A stretch of DNA of 64,000 nt from NCBI GenBank assembly GCA_963665845.2, contig OY762492.1:320001-384000 (forward strand), given 5' to 3'. The notes beneath the pieces were generated by a model, which did not search any database, had not been told where the DNA came from, and saw only the letters and a program-made list of their open reading frames with translations. This DNA is from Candidatus Poribacteria bacterium. GTDB taxonomy: Bacteria; Poribacteria; WGA-4E; GCA-2687025. Each line of letters begins with the position of its first letter. Within the stretch, counting starts at the first letter, position 1. A program made the position numbers and the translations under genes. Below are positions 39,314-47,277 of this stretch, one piece after another.

Positions 39314-40756
39314 CTATCCGCTTTGAAATTGCGGTTTCTCTCCAGGGGCGGGCGAATTCGTGAAGGTTCCGCGTTTCAAGACCGCCTCTCTGCCGCCATG
39401 CTTTTCAATGAGCGCGCGCTGGTCGGCTTTCGCGCGGGCGTCCGTTTCCTCTGGGTTCAGTATCGACTGAAGACGCGCCTCGCATGCTCGCTCCGCCTCC
39501 TGATGCCGCGCCTCGCCCGCTAGGTTGATCGTCTCATGCGGGTCGTTTTCCAGATGAAACAGCAGCGGCGGATAGCCGACATGCCGAATATACTTATAAG
39601 CCCCCTCCCGAACCATGTAGCATCCGCACAGCGACGAAACCGCATGGTATTCGCTGATGGCATAGCCTTTAGACGCGCCGCCGTTGGCGACCGCCCACAA
39701 CGACTCGCCCGGCAGATCCGCTTCCGCCTCGTTTGGTTGAACGCCCAGCGCTTCTAGAAAGGTCGGATACATATCGATAAGTGAGACGATCTCATCGCTC
39801 GTTTCGCCTTCGGGGACGTCCGGACCCGCCATGATGAGCGGGACGCCCGCCGACTCCTCATACATCGTGAATTTCCCAAACAGCCCTCGGCTGCCGAGGC
39901 TTTCCCCGTGGTCGCTTGTGTAGATAACACGGGTTGTGTCGGTCAAGCCCGTCTCCTCCAGCGCGTTCAATACGCGCCCGATCTGCGCGTCCAGACAGGC
40001 GGTTGTGCCGTAATACGCCGCGGCGGCTCGGCGTATCTGCTCCTCGGTGAACGGCGCGTCATAACGAAACGCGGCGCGAAACTGATCTAACACCGGATGG
40101 CGCGGCCATTCAGCCTCCCGCCCTTGAACCGGCCCCGGCAGCTCCAGCTGCATAAAACGCTCAAACAGGTCGGGCGGAGCCGTGAACGGCGGATGCGGAC
40201 ATACAAAACCGATAAACAGCAGCCATGGCTTATTCGGAGGACGGGCGGACGCCTCTTGAAGCCAGCGGATCGTCTCATCGGCGATCTGTTCATCGTACTC
40301 AAGGTAGCTGCTCGTCCCCGGTCCCGCCTCCAAGACCGACTCGCGCGAGCCTTTGCGTATTGGCATGTCGTCCCGCACGGCGCCCATGAGATCGCCGATT
40401 CCGTCCACCACATTGAGCGGGATGATCTGTTCCCGAAAACCTTCCGCCGCGCCGACTCCTTTGTAATGCAGCTTGCCGATGGAATCGACCGCATGCCCCT
40501 CCTCCGCCAGCCGACGCCCCCATCCAGGCGCGGAGCCGTCGTACGGGAAGGCGTTGTCCCAGTTTCCGATCTGATGGACATACCGCCCCGTCGCCAGGCT
40601 CGCGCGGGCGGGGACGCAGATGGGGCAGTTGGTGTAAGCATTGCTGAATTGGACGCCCCGTTCGGCGAGCGCGGTCATATGGGGCGTTCCATCGGCGGTC
40701 ATGGCGTCCCGCCGGTGCTGGTCGGACAAGATGAAAAGCAGGTTGGTCGGTTTCAT
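39314..40756 (-). CDS. Sulfatase (choline-sulfatase-like); start moved to MKPTNLL
   Basis: ILSDQH, CVPAR (CxPxR), GKLH, PHPP, SDHGE, GKFTMYEES. Confidence 0.9.
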   Translation of the reverse strand: MKPTNLLFILSDQHRRDAMTADGTPHMTALAERGVQFSNAYTNCPICVPARASLATGRYVHQIGNWDNAFPYDGSAPGWGRRLAEEGHAVDSIGKLHYKGVGAAEGFREQIIPLNVVDGIGDLMGAVRDDMPIRKGSRESVLEAGPGTSSYLEYDEQIADETIRWLQEASARPPNKPWLLFIGFVCPHPPFTAPPDLFERFMQLELPGPVQGREAEWPRHPVLDQFRAAFRYDAPFTEEQIRRAAAAYYGTTACLDAQIGRVLNALEETGLTDTTRVIYTSDHGESLGSRGLFGKFTMYEESAGVPLIMAGPDVPEGETSDEIVSLIDMYPTFLEALGVQPNEAEADLPGESLWAVANGGASKGYAISEYHAVSSLCGCYMVREGAYKYIRHVGYPPLLFHLENDPHETINLAGEARHQEAERACEARLQSILNPEETDARAKADQRALIEKHGGREAVLKRGTFTNSPAPGEKPQFQSG

Positions 40757-40775
40757 GCGCCTCTTTCGCGTTCGC
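40738..40775. repeat. 38-bp exact direct repeat, copy 1 (sulfatase RBS plus first 6 codons)
   Basis: gcaggttggtcggtttcatgcgcctctttcgcgttcgc, identical at 42088-42125. Confidence 0.9.
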
Positions 40776-40878
40776 GCCTGTTCGCCAAACGAGTCGGCGG
40801 GATACCCATGATGCTTTAAAACATCCGCGCGGCGCAACCTTAGCCGCAGTTGTTGAAGCGCAGGCGGAATCGACATGA

Positions 40879-40907
40879 TTGACGCATCGGCAAAAAAGAT
40901 GTAGACT
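40879..40907 (+). promoter_or_regulatory. Sigma70-like promoter for the TolB-like gene
   Basis: TTGACG-N17-TAGACT. Confidence 0.5.
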
Positions 40908-41000
40908 CCGCTGTGAAGATACCCAGACCAGTGGTATGACGGCTGCAACAGCTCCACCTACAACCCATGAGGAACGCGCCTGCAGAAAGGAGATTCGACC

Positions 41001-42077
41001 ATGCAAGGAAGACAGCTCATTCCGCTTTCTCTTGCTTTCGCTGCGTTCTGCTTGTTCGCGCGGCCGCTTGCCGCCCAGGAGCCGAAACTGCCGAAGCCGT
41101 TGGTGGATGTGACGAAGATCGAACGGCCGACCGTCTGCTATACCGGCGGAAGCGAGGGAGGGCTTTGGCTGATCGATTGGGACGGAAAAAACAACAGGCT
41201 CTGGTTCGACAAAAGCTTGCGGTTTGTGAGTCCGGCGCACTTTAGTCCCAACGGCAAGCGGGCCGCTTTCGTCGCATACTCAAGACATTCAAGGGCGGGA
41301 TACTATATCTTCGTTCTGGATTTGAAAACAAAAAAAGCGGTGAATCTGACCGACCTGTTTGACGACCGCAAGCTCACGCTCACGGCGCCGCGCTGGTCGT
41401 CAGACGGGCAATGGCTCATCTGCCGCGGCGTCTCAAGCGACGGTCGGGCAGGGATCCCGTTAGACATCTACAAGGCGCATGCCGCGACGGGAAAAGTGAT
41501 CAACCTGACGAATTCGCCGGATGAAAGCGACGACTGGCCGTCGTTTTCGCCGGACGGCAAGAAGATCCTTTTCTCATCCCGGCACGGCGAAAATGAGAAC
41601 AGAACCTCTGACATCTACATCATGGACGCCAACGGAAGAAACAAGGTGAACCTGACCAACCATCCGGCATTTGACACCACCCCGGAGTGGTCGCCGGATG
41701 GCAAGAAGATCGCGTTCAAGTCCACTCCAAGAATTCGGTCGAATGGAGAGGGGGGGCATGACATCTACCTTATGAATCCGGACGGATCAGAAGTGGAAAG
41801 GCTCACGACCGACGAGCAGTCGAAGACCGTTCGAGGCTGGTCGCCGGACGGCAAGTGGATCTTGGCCGGCATTCGGCTTCCTGAGGTGCGGTATCGAATT
41901 CACCGCGTTCATGTGGAGACGAAGGAGATTGTTCGCATCACGCCGCTTGACGGGGTGAATTCCTCAAGCGCGTCCTGGGTTTTGGCGGGCAAAAGCCGCT
42001 TCCTCTCCGTCGATCCTGCGGGTAAAAAAAAAGCGCAGTGGGGAGCGGTGAAAGAAGCGGGCAGCGATGATGAATGA
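41001..42077 (+). CDS. Secreted TolB/PD40 beta-propeller protein with a C-terminal VDPAGKKKAQWGAVK motif
   Basis: AAGGAG RBS, signal peptide, NLTN..PSFSPDGKKI repeats. Confidence 0.85.
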   Translation: MQGRQLIPLSLAFAAFCLFARPLAAQEPKLPKPLVDVTKIERPTVCYTGGSEGGLWLIDWDGKNNRLWFDKSLRFVSPAHFSPNGKRAAFVAYSRHSRAGYYIFVLDLKTKKAVNLTDLFDDRKLTLTAPRWSSDGQWLICRGVSSDGRAGIPLDIYKAHAATGKVINLTNSPDESDDWPSFSPDGKKILFSSRHGENENRTSDIYIMDANGRNKVNLTNHPAFDTTPEWSPDGKKIAFKSTPRIRSNGEGGHDIYLMNPDGSEVERLTTDEQSKTVRGWSPDGKWILAGIRLPEVRYRIHRVHVETKEIVRITPLDGVNSSSASWVLAGKSRFLSVDPAGKKKAQWGAVKEAGSDDE

Positions 42078-42087
42078 CGGGCGGCGC

Positions 42088-42125
42088 GCAGGTTGGTCGG
42101 TTTCATGCGCCTCTTTCGCGTTCGC
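42088..42125. repeat. 38-bp exact direct repeat, copy 2
   Basis: Identical to 40738-40775; ends 3 nt from the stop codon of 42129-43778. Confidence 0.9.
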
Positions 42126-42128
42126 CCG

Positions 42129-43778
42129 TCATTCGTTGTAAAACAAAGTGAAGCCCAAGCCGCAGCCGCCTTCCGCCTTCATGACATGCAAACCGTTGAA
42201 GTTGGCATGGTATACCCAACAGTTGAGAGAGCGTCCGTCCTCCCCGGCTCCCCATCCATTATTCCGATGGTATGCTTCGTTCTCCCCGTTAGACAGGTTA
42301 ATCTGCGTGATGCGGCGCTCTTTCATGTTCGTTCCGAGCGTTGCGCCGTCTCCAAAGCGGCCGCCGATCTGCCCTTTGTAGTAGTCTCCGCTGTATTCAC
42401 GGACGGCTATCTGGACGAATCCCGACTCGCGCGCTCTTGAGAGGACCGGATTCCCGTCCGTTTCAACCGTCAAGCTTGTGATGATTTCAGGTTCAGGTTG
42501 AGGCTCTCCTTCAACAATAAAAAAGACAGGGCGCGCCCAGCTCGTAATATGGAACGTGTGAACGCCCTCCGCCTTCACCTCCAGCTTCCAGCCTCTTGCG
42601 TTGACATCGGCTTCCGCCGACCAGACCCCGCTTGCGTCATGGGCGTAGAGAAGCGTTGAGTTGCGCGGCCATTCGAGGCGGGAGCTGGAATGGAACTTTG
42701 GCTGCATTTTCCCGTGGAGGCGGCGCGGCGCGGAGTCGGCGTCTCCAATAAAGGCGCCGCGTCGGCTGATAAACGCATACTGCGTTCCGTCCGGGCTGAA
42801 GCGCGCCGACCATCCTTCTCCCAGATCGCGCGGACCGCTCTCCGATTCCAGATTGGCGATGGCGACTCGGCGCTGTTTTGCGCCTGTCTCAAGCAGCATC
42901 CGTTTGCCGTCCGAAGAGAGCTGAAATGCGCGGACATTTTTCGTTGGATAAAACAGGCTCCATTCGGTATTGCGCGGGGTCGGGCTGAAGGGTCGGCGCC
43001 AGACGCCTTCGCTGTCATGGACATACAGCGCGCTTGAATCGGCGGACCAAACAGGCTGCGTCTCCGCATGGATTTTCGGCTGGCGCGCCGTTAGATAGGA
43101 AGGCGGCGCCGCTGGTTTCTTTGCGGGAAGCCATTTCAGACGACGAACGACATTCATTTTGGGAGTCTCGCCTTGAACGCTGACATACCTGTACGCCTCA
43201 TTTTCAGAGTGGACGCTCTCTTTTTCTAGATAGCGCAGATAGCCGCCGTCTTCGGAGAATTGGAGATTTCGTTTGACGGTTTTGACCGATTCATGTTGAC
43301 GCCAAGGGGCGACTGAAAAAGGGACATCGGGCGTACGGTTTTGGAATTTATGAGAATCCTCCTGAACGACGCCGAGAATATAGATGTCGTATTCATCCGA
43401 CGCTCCACCCAGCTCCTTCGTGAGATAGGCGATCACAGACGGATCGGGTCCTTCCACAACCTCGATATACTCAACCGTCAGAGGATATGTGTATCTTCTT
43501 TGCCCGAAATTGGCGTCGCCGAAAACGTACGCCGCCCGTTTCGCCTGACCGTTTGCCCATCGATCCGCGACGAACGCGAGCCAGTTGCCGTCCTGGGAAC
43601 CTGTTATGGCGCGCGTTACGGCGATAGGGGATTTGACGGGCGTTATGGGCGGCTTGTCCGTCTGCTTCTCGGTGGAGAGCGCCAACAGCAGCGCGCCTGA
43701 AAAAACTGCCAGCGCCGCAAGGGAGGCGATTCCCATGCCCAACATCTTTTGACGCCGAGGGCGCTTTCTGTTTATCAT
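42129..43778 (-). CDS. Membrane-anchored beta-propeller-like hypothetical protein
   Basis: N-terminal TM helix; FSEDG, WSADS, LSSDGK, FSPDG blades; internal repeat W..S..LY.HD..GVW. Confidence 0.6.
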   Translation of the reverse strand: MINRKRPRRQKMLGMGIASLAALAVFSGALLLALSTEKQTDKPPITPVKSPIAVTRAITGSQDGNWLAFVADRWANGQAKRAAYVFGDANFGQRRYTYPLTVEYIEVVEGPDPSVIAYLTKELGGASDEYDIYILGVVQEDSHKFQNRTPDVPFSVAPWRQHESVKTVKRNLQFSEDGGYLRYLEKESVHSENEAYRYVSVQGETPKMNVVRRLKWLPAKKPAAPPSYLTARQPKIHAETQPVWSADSSALYVHDSEGVWRRPFSPTPRNTEWSLFYPTKNVRAFQLSSDGKRMLLETGAKQRRVAIANLESESGPRDLGEGWSARFSPDGTQYAFISRRGAFIGDADSAPRRLHGKMQPKFHSSSRLEWPRNSTLLYAHDASGVWSAEADVNARGWKLEVKAEGVHTFHITSWARPVFFIVEGEPQPEPEIITSLTVETDGNPVLSRARESGFVQIAVREYSGDYYKGQIGGRFGDGATLGTNMKERRITQINLSNGENEAYHRNNGWGAGEDGRSLNCWVYHANFNGLHVMKAEGGCGLGFTLFYNE

Positions 43779-43855
43779 CGGTCGATTCCTTTCTCCGCCG
43801 CGCCGGTCTTGCGTCTATATACATCATAACATGAGCGGGGAGAAATGCGAACAGG

Positions 43856-44108
43856 CTGACCTTACGGGCAGTCTCTATAGACGATGATTTCGATTTTTAG
43901 AGCGTCGTTTTAGAATGCGGAGGCTGTCTGGAAAAACTCTGGATTCCCGCTTGCGCGGGAATGACGGTTTGGATCGGCGGGCTGCCGCGCAAAAATGAAC
44001 GTCATCGCCTGTAGAGACTGCCACCTTACGTCTTTAGTTGAGACATGCCGGCAGGCGAACGCGGACTGCCTCTAAGGCGCCTAAGATTCCCGCTTACGCG
44101 GGAATGAC
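43856..44108 (+). mobile_element. MITE-A left portion interrupted by MITE-B
   Basis: Removing MITE-B and one TSD restores ctgaccttacgtctttagttgagacatgccggcaggcgaacgcggac followed by REP-1, as at 5623. Confidence 0.75.
43867..44022. mobile_element. MITE-B, 156 bp, 21-bp TIRs GGCAGTCTCTA(T/C)AG(A/G)CGATGA, 8-bp TSD ACCTTACG, carries REP-1
   Basis: TIRs match at 19/21; ACCTTACG at 43859-43866 and 44023-44030. Confidence 0.85.
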
Positions 44109-44900
44109 AGCCGGCGGCGCGAACGGACGCTCGCTCAAACAAACATAGAGACCCTCGACGGCGGACGCATGCGGATCCACCCGCGCCGCATACTGAATCG
44201 GTACCGCAAGCGATTCGCATACCCGCCGCGTCTCCTCTTTATTGCCAATCAGAAAACCGATGTCCGCCTCCAGCAGCGCCGGTATGTCGTTCAGGGCGTC
44301 CCCTACATAAACAACCCGACCCCCAGAAGCGCGCATCTGTTGAACGCAGGCGCGCTTGTCCATCGCCGAGACGATGCGCCTGCATAGGCGTCCCGTCGAG
44401 ACGCCGAACTGATCAAACTCCAGCGTGTTGGAGCGCACATCCTCAATGCCCGACCCTTCCCGCGCCAAATCTTCCGACCAGTTCGCCGAAACGACGACGG
44501 CGCGCCCTCCGCCGCGCACCCAGCGCTCCGCCATTTCGCGCGCGCCTTCTCGGGTCGGCGTTCTCCGCCCCGCTTCTTTTAATGCTGACCGCCGTATCCC
44601 CGCCAGAATGCCCGCCTCTTCAACGGCGTCCACGGCGCGCCGCTCATAAGCGTCCAAAACGGCGTAAAACTGCTCCACCCGCTCCTCCATCCGCCCGTCA
44701 GAATTGACGTCAGACAAAGCCGCTTCTATGACGCGCCGCCGCTCATGCCGGTATTCTTCAACGCCGCGCTCCCACAGCGCCCTCATCGCCTGCGCCTCCT
44801 TCGGCGGACGGCTGTCGATGGCAAGCTGGACGATGTCGCCTGTCGTGTCGCGCAGGGAGATCGTTTCGTCAAAATCAAAAGCGAGAATGGGAGCCTTCAT
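44094..44900 (-). CDS. HAD-superfamily phosphatase
   Basis: DFDETIS, VSANWS, K, YVGDALND motifs. Confidence 0.8.
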   Translation of the reverse strand: MKAPILAFDFDETISLRDTTGDIVQLAIDSRPPKEAQAMRALWERGVEEYRHERRRVIEAALSDVNSDGRMEERVEQFYAVLDAYERRAVDAVEEAGILAGIRRSALKEAGRRTPTREGAREMAERWVRGGGRAVVVSANWSEDLAREGSGIEDVRSNTLEFDQFGVSTGRLCRRIVSAMDKRACVQQMRASGGRVVYVGDALNDIPALLEADIGFLIGNKEETRRVCESLAVPIQYAARVDPHASAVEGLYVCLSERPFAPPAVIPA

Positions 44901-45012
44901 TGCGATTCCATGCCGCCGTTGCGCCGCGTCCTTCAGAATATGTTAGCCGTTTCAAGCGTTATATGGCATCATATTTGGCGGTCTGGCAATGAATTGCGAA
45001 AAGGAGACGCAT

Positions 45013-46467
45013 ATGAGCGCGCCGCGCGTTCGATTCGCCCCCTCGCCGACAGGCTCGCTTCACATCGGCAGCGCCCGAACGGCGCTCTTCAACTGGCTCT
45101 ACGCGAGGCGGCACGGCGGAACCTTCATCTTGCGCATTGACGACACTGACGCCGAACGCTCCACCGAAGAGTCAACCCGCTCCATCTTCGAGGCGATGGA
45201 ATGGCTGGGGCTGGACTGGGACGAGGGGCCGTACGCCCAATCGGACCGGCTGAAGCAGCATCAAGAACGGGCGCGGGAACTGATCGAGAACGGCGCGGCG
45301 TATTATTGCTACTGCACTAAAGAGGAGCTTGCCGCCAAACGCGAAGCCGCCCGAAAAGAAGGACGCCCCTACCGCTACGACGGAACATGCCGCAGCCTGT
45401 CCGACAGCGAACGCAAGCGGTTAGACGGCGAAGGGCGTTCAAAGGTCGCGCGGCTGAAAATTGAGCAGGACGAGAGCATCCTGACGCCAGATCTGATCCT
45501 CGGCGATGTGGTCTTCGACTCCTCAACGCTGGACGATTTCATCTTCATGAAGCCGAACTTCACGCCGCTTTACAATTTCAGCTCCGCCGTTGACGACGCC
45601 GATATGGAGATCACGCATGTGATCCGCGGGCAGGATCATCTCCCGAACACGCCGAAGCAGATACTCATCAGCAAGGCGCTTGGGATGGAGCCGCCGAAGT
45701 TTGCGCATCTTCCGATGGTGCATAACGCGCGCGGACAGAAGCTGAGCAAGCGGGACGGCGCTGTCGGGACGCTGGAGTTTCGGGAGATGGGCTTCTTGCC
45801 TGAAGCGCTGGTGAATTATCTGGCGCGCCTTGCATGGTCGGCGGAGGGCGAACAGGAGATCTTTACGACCGAGGAGCTGAAGGCGAAATTCGACCTGGAC
45901 AGGGTCGGCAAAAGCCCCTCCCGCTTCGATATGAAGAAGCTGACATGGTTGAACGGGCAGTATATGAACGAAATGCCGCTTGCTGAAAAGACGGACGGAT
46001 CGGCTCTTTTCTTGAAAAAGGCGGGTTATGAGACTGAAAACGTCCCGCGCGAACGCCTAGAGCGGATCGTGGAAGCGGTCGGCGACCGGCTCCACACCTG
46101 GCCGGACATCGTTACATACGGCTCCTATTTTTTTGAAGAGGACGGCGCGTACGAGTTTGATCCTGCGGCGGTCAAAAAATGGTTTCGTTCCGAGGCGGAG
46201 CTGGAAACAGTTCGCGCCGCCTCGCCTCTCATAGAGGGCATTGACCCGTTCGAAGTGGATGAGATCGACAAGCGAATGCGCGCCTGGGCGGAGGAGCGCG
46301 GCGAAAAGCTGATAAGGGTTCTACAGCCGCTGCGCGTCGCCGTCACAGGCAAGCAGGTTGGACCGAGCCTGTTTGAAACGCTGGAGATCTTAGGCAAAGA
46401 GTCGGTCTTGAACCGCTTGAAGCGCGCGTCAAAAGAGCTGCCGGACATGTACGCGCAAAAGGGCTGA
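45013..46467 (+). CDS. gltX: Glutamate--tRNA ligase
   Basis: RVRFAPSPTGSLHIG, LRIDDTD, KLSKR; AAGGAG RBS. Confidence 0.96.
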   Translation: MSAPRVRFAPSPTGSLHIGSARTALFNWLYARRHGGTFILRIDDTDAERSTEESTRSIFEAMEWLGLDWDEGPYAQSDRLKQHQERARELIENGAAYYCYCTKEELAAKREAARKEGRPYRYDGTCRSLSDSERKRLDGEGRSKVARLKIEQDESILTPDLILGDVVFDSSTLDDFIFMKPNFTPLYNFSSAVDDADMEITHVIRGQDHLPNTPKQILISKALGMEPPKFAHLPMVHNARGQKLSKRDGAVGTLEFREMGFLPEALVNYLARLAWSAEGEQEIFTTEELKAKFDLDRVGKSPSRFDMKKLTWLNGQYMNEMPLAEKTDGSALFLKKAGYETENVPRERLERIVEAVGDRLHTWPDIVTYGSYFFEEDGAYEFDPAAVKKWFRSEAELETVRAASPLIEGIDPFEVDEIDKRMRAWAEERGEKLIRVLQPLRVAVTGKQVGPSLFETLEILGKESVLNRLKRASKELPDMYAQKG

Positions 46468-46503
46468 CGCTTCCGTCAACCCTATCGCAGTATCGTATCT
46501 AAC

Positions 46504-47030
46504 TTACGGGGCGCCGAGGGGCGGCTTTCCGTTCTGCCGCCGCCTCGACCCGCGCCGTAATCACTCGGCGAAACCGGTTGCCCGGCCGGGCTGTTTCAAA
46601 GCGTCATTGAAACGCCTTGCCGTTGCCGCTGCGCCTCCGCTCGGTCCCAAGCGCAAAGCCTTGGAAGCGGGCATATGAGGCGCCGCCGCGTTGGCAGCTT
46701 GTTTCGGACCTCTCCGAAACGACCCTGTGAAGAGGGCCCTCAACCGCTGACGCTCCGCCGGGGCGCGTCAACTGGCTCGCTTGACGGGGCGAACCGTTCG
46801 CGTTCGGTTCGCCGACCGTCCCAGATCAATCGGGCGGCTTGTCCGCGTCCGACGCAACAGGTCGTTGGCTGCATCTGCCTCGGAGTTCCGAAGCTCCCGT
46901 TCGGGTTGGTTCTGAGCCGCTCCGTCGCGCGTAGGAACGTTCAGCTCCGCGCCTCGCGAGGTTTCTTTCCGCCTTGGCGGTTGCCCCGCTGACCTGCCCG
47001 CCGCGTCCGACTGGATCATCGTCGAGCGTC
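46504..47030 (-). ncRNA. Candidate large structured ncRNA, class not recognised
   Basis: ~530 nt with no credible ORF; about 15 stems including long-range nested pairings; GCAA and UUCG loops on the minus strand; ECF-like promoter just upstream. Confidence 0.55.
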
Positions 47031-47039
47031 AATAATGGA

Positions 47040-47066
47040 TACGCAGGGCGTATAGGGAGGGTTACA
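47040..47066 (-). promoter_or_regulatory. ECF-sigma-like promoter
   Basis: Minus strand TGTAAC-N17-CGTA (AAC...CGT pattern), pointing into the structured region. Confidence 0.5.
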
Positions 47067-47277
47067 GGTTTTCGCGTTTTTTTTCTGCCGCATCCCAAAA
47101 AACGCTGTAAGCGGAAATCCGCGTATCTGCAGAAGGCGGACGTCGTCTGCGGCGCCTCTGGATTCCCGCTTGCGCGGGAATGACGACACGGTTGGCGCGG
47201 TCAGTCTCTGTCGGTTGAGAGCTCAACGCGCGCCATGTAAAATGCGTTGAACAGGCATATCGATCATGGAGGCGGAA

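Noticed and set aside
40843-40861. 19-bp near-match gccgc(a/t)gttgttgaagcgc, also at 62125-62143, as a shared operator
   Set aside because: Only two copies, not palindromic, and the flanking genes are unrelated; chance cannot be excluded
40776-42087. Integron cassette or IS as the explanation for the TolB-like insert
   Set aside because: No attC-like site, terminal inverted repeats, integrase or transposase recognised
41909-42106. 65-aa ORF MKPTNLRAAR... as a real gene
   Set aside because: Only the duplicated sulfatase start running antisense into the TolB-like gene
46504-47030. tmRNA, RNase P RNA, SRP RNA, 6S RNA, cobalamin riboswitch or group II intron as the identity of the structured region
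   Set aside because: No tRNA-like T-loop/CCA end, no GAGGAAAGUCC or ACAGAA..CGGCUUA, no SRP GGAA loop motif, no domain V, and too long and branched for 6S; the gacctgcc match has none of the other B12-box elements
46561-47098. Short ORFs (60-105 aa) across the structured region
   Set aside because: Arg/Ala/Pro-rich, overlapping in several frames, with no recognisable motif
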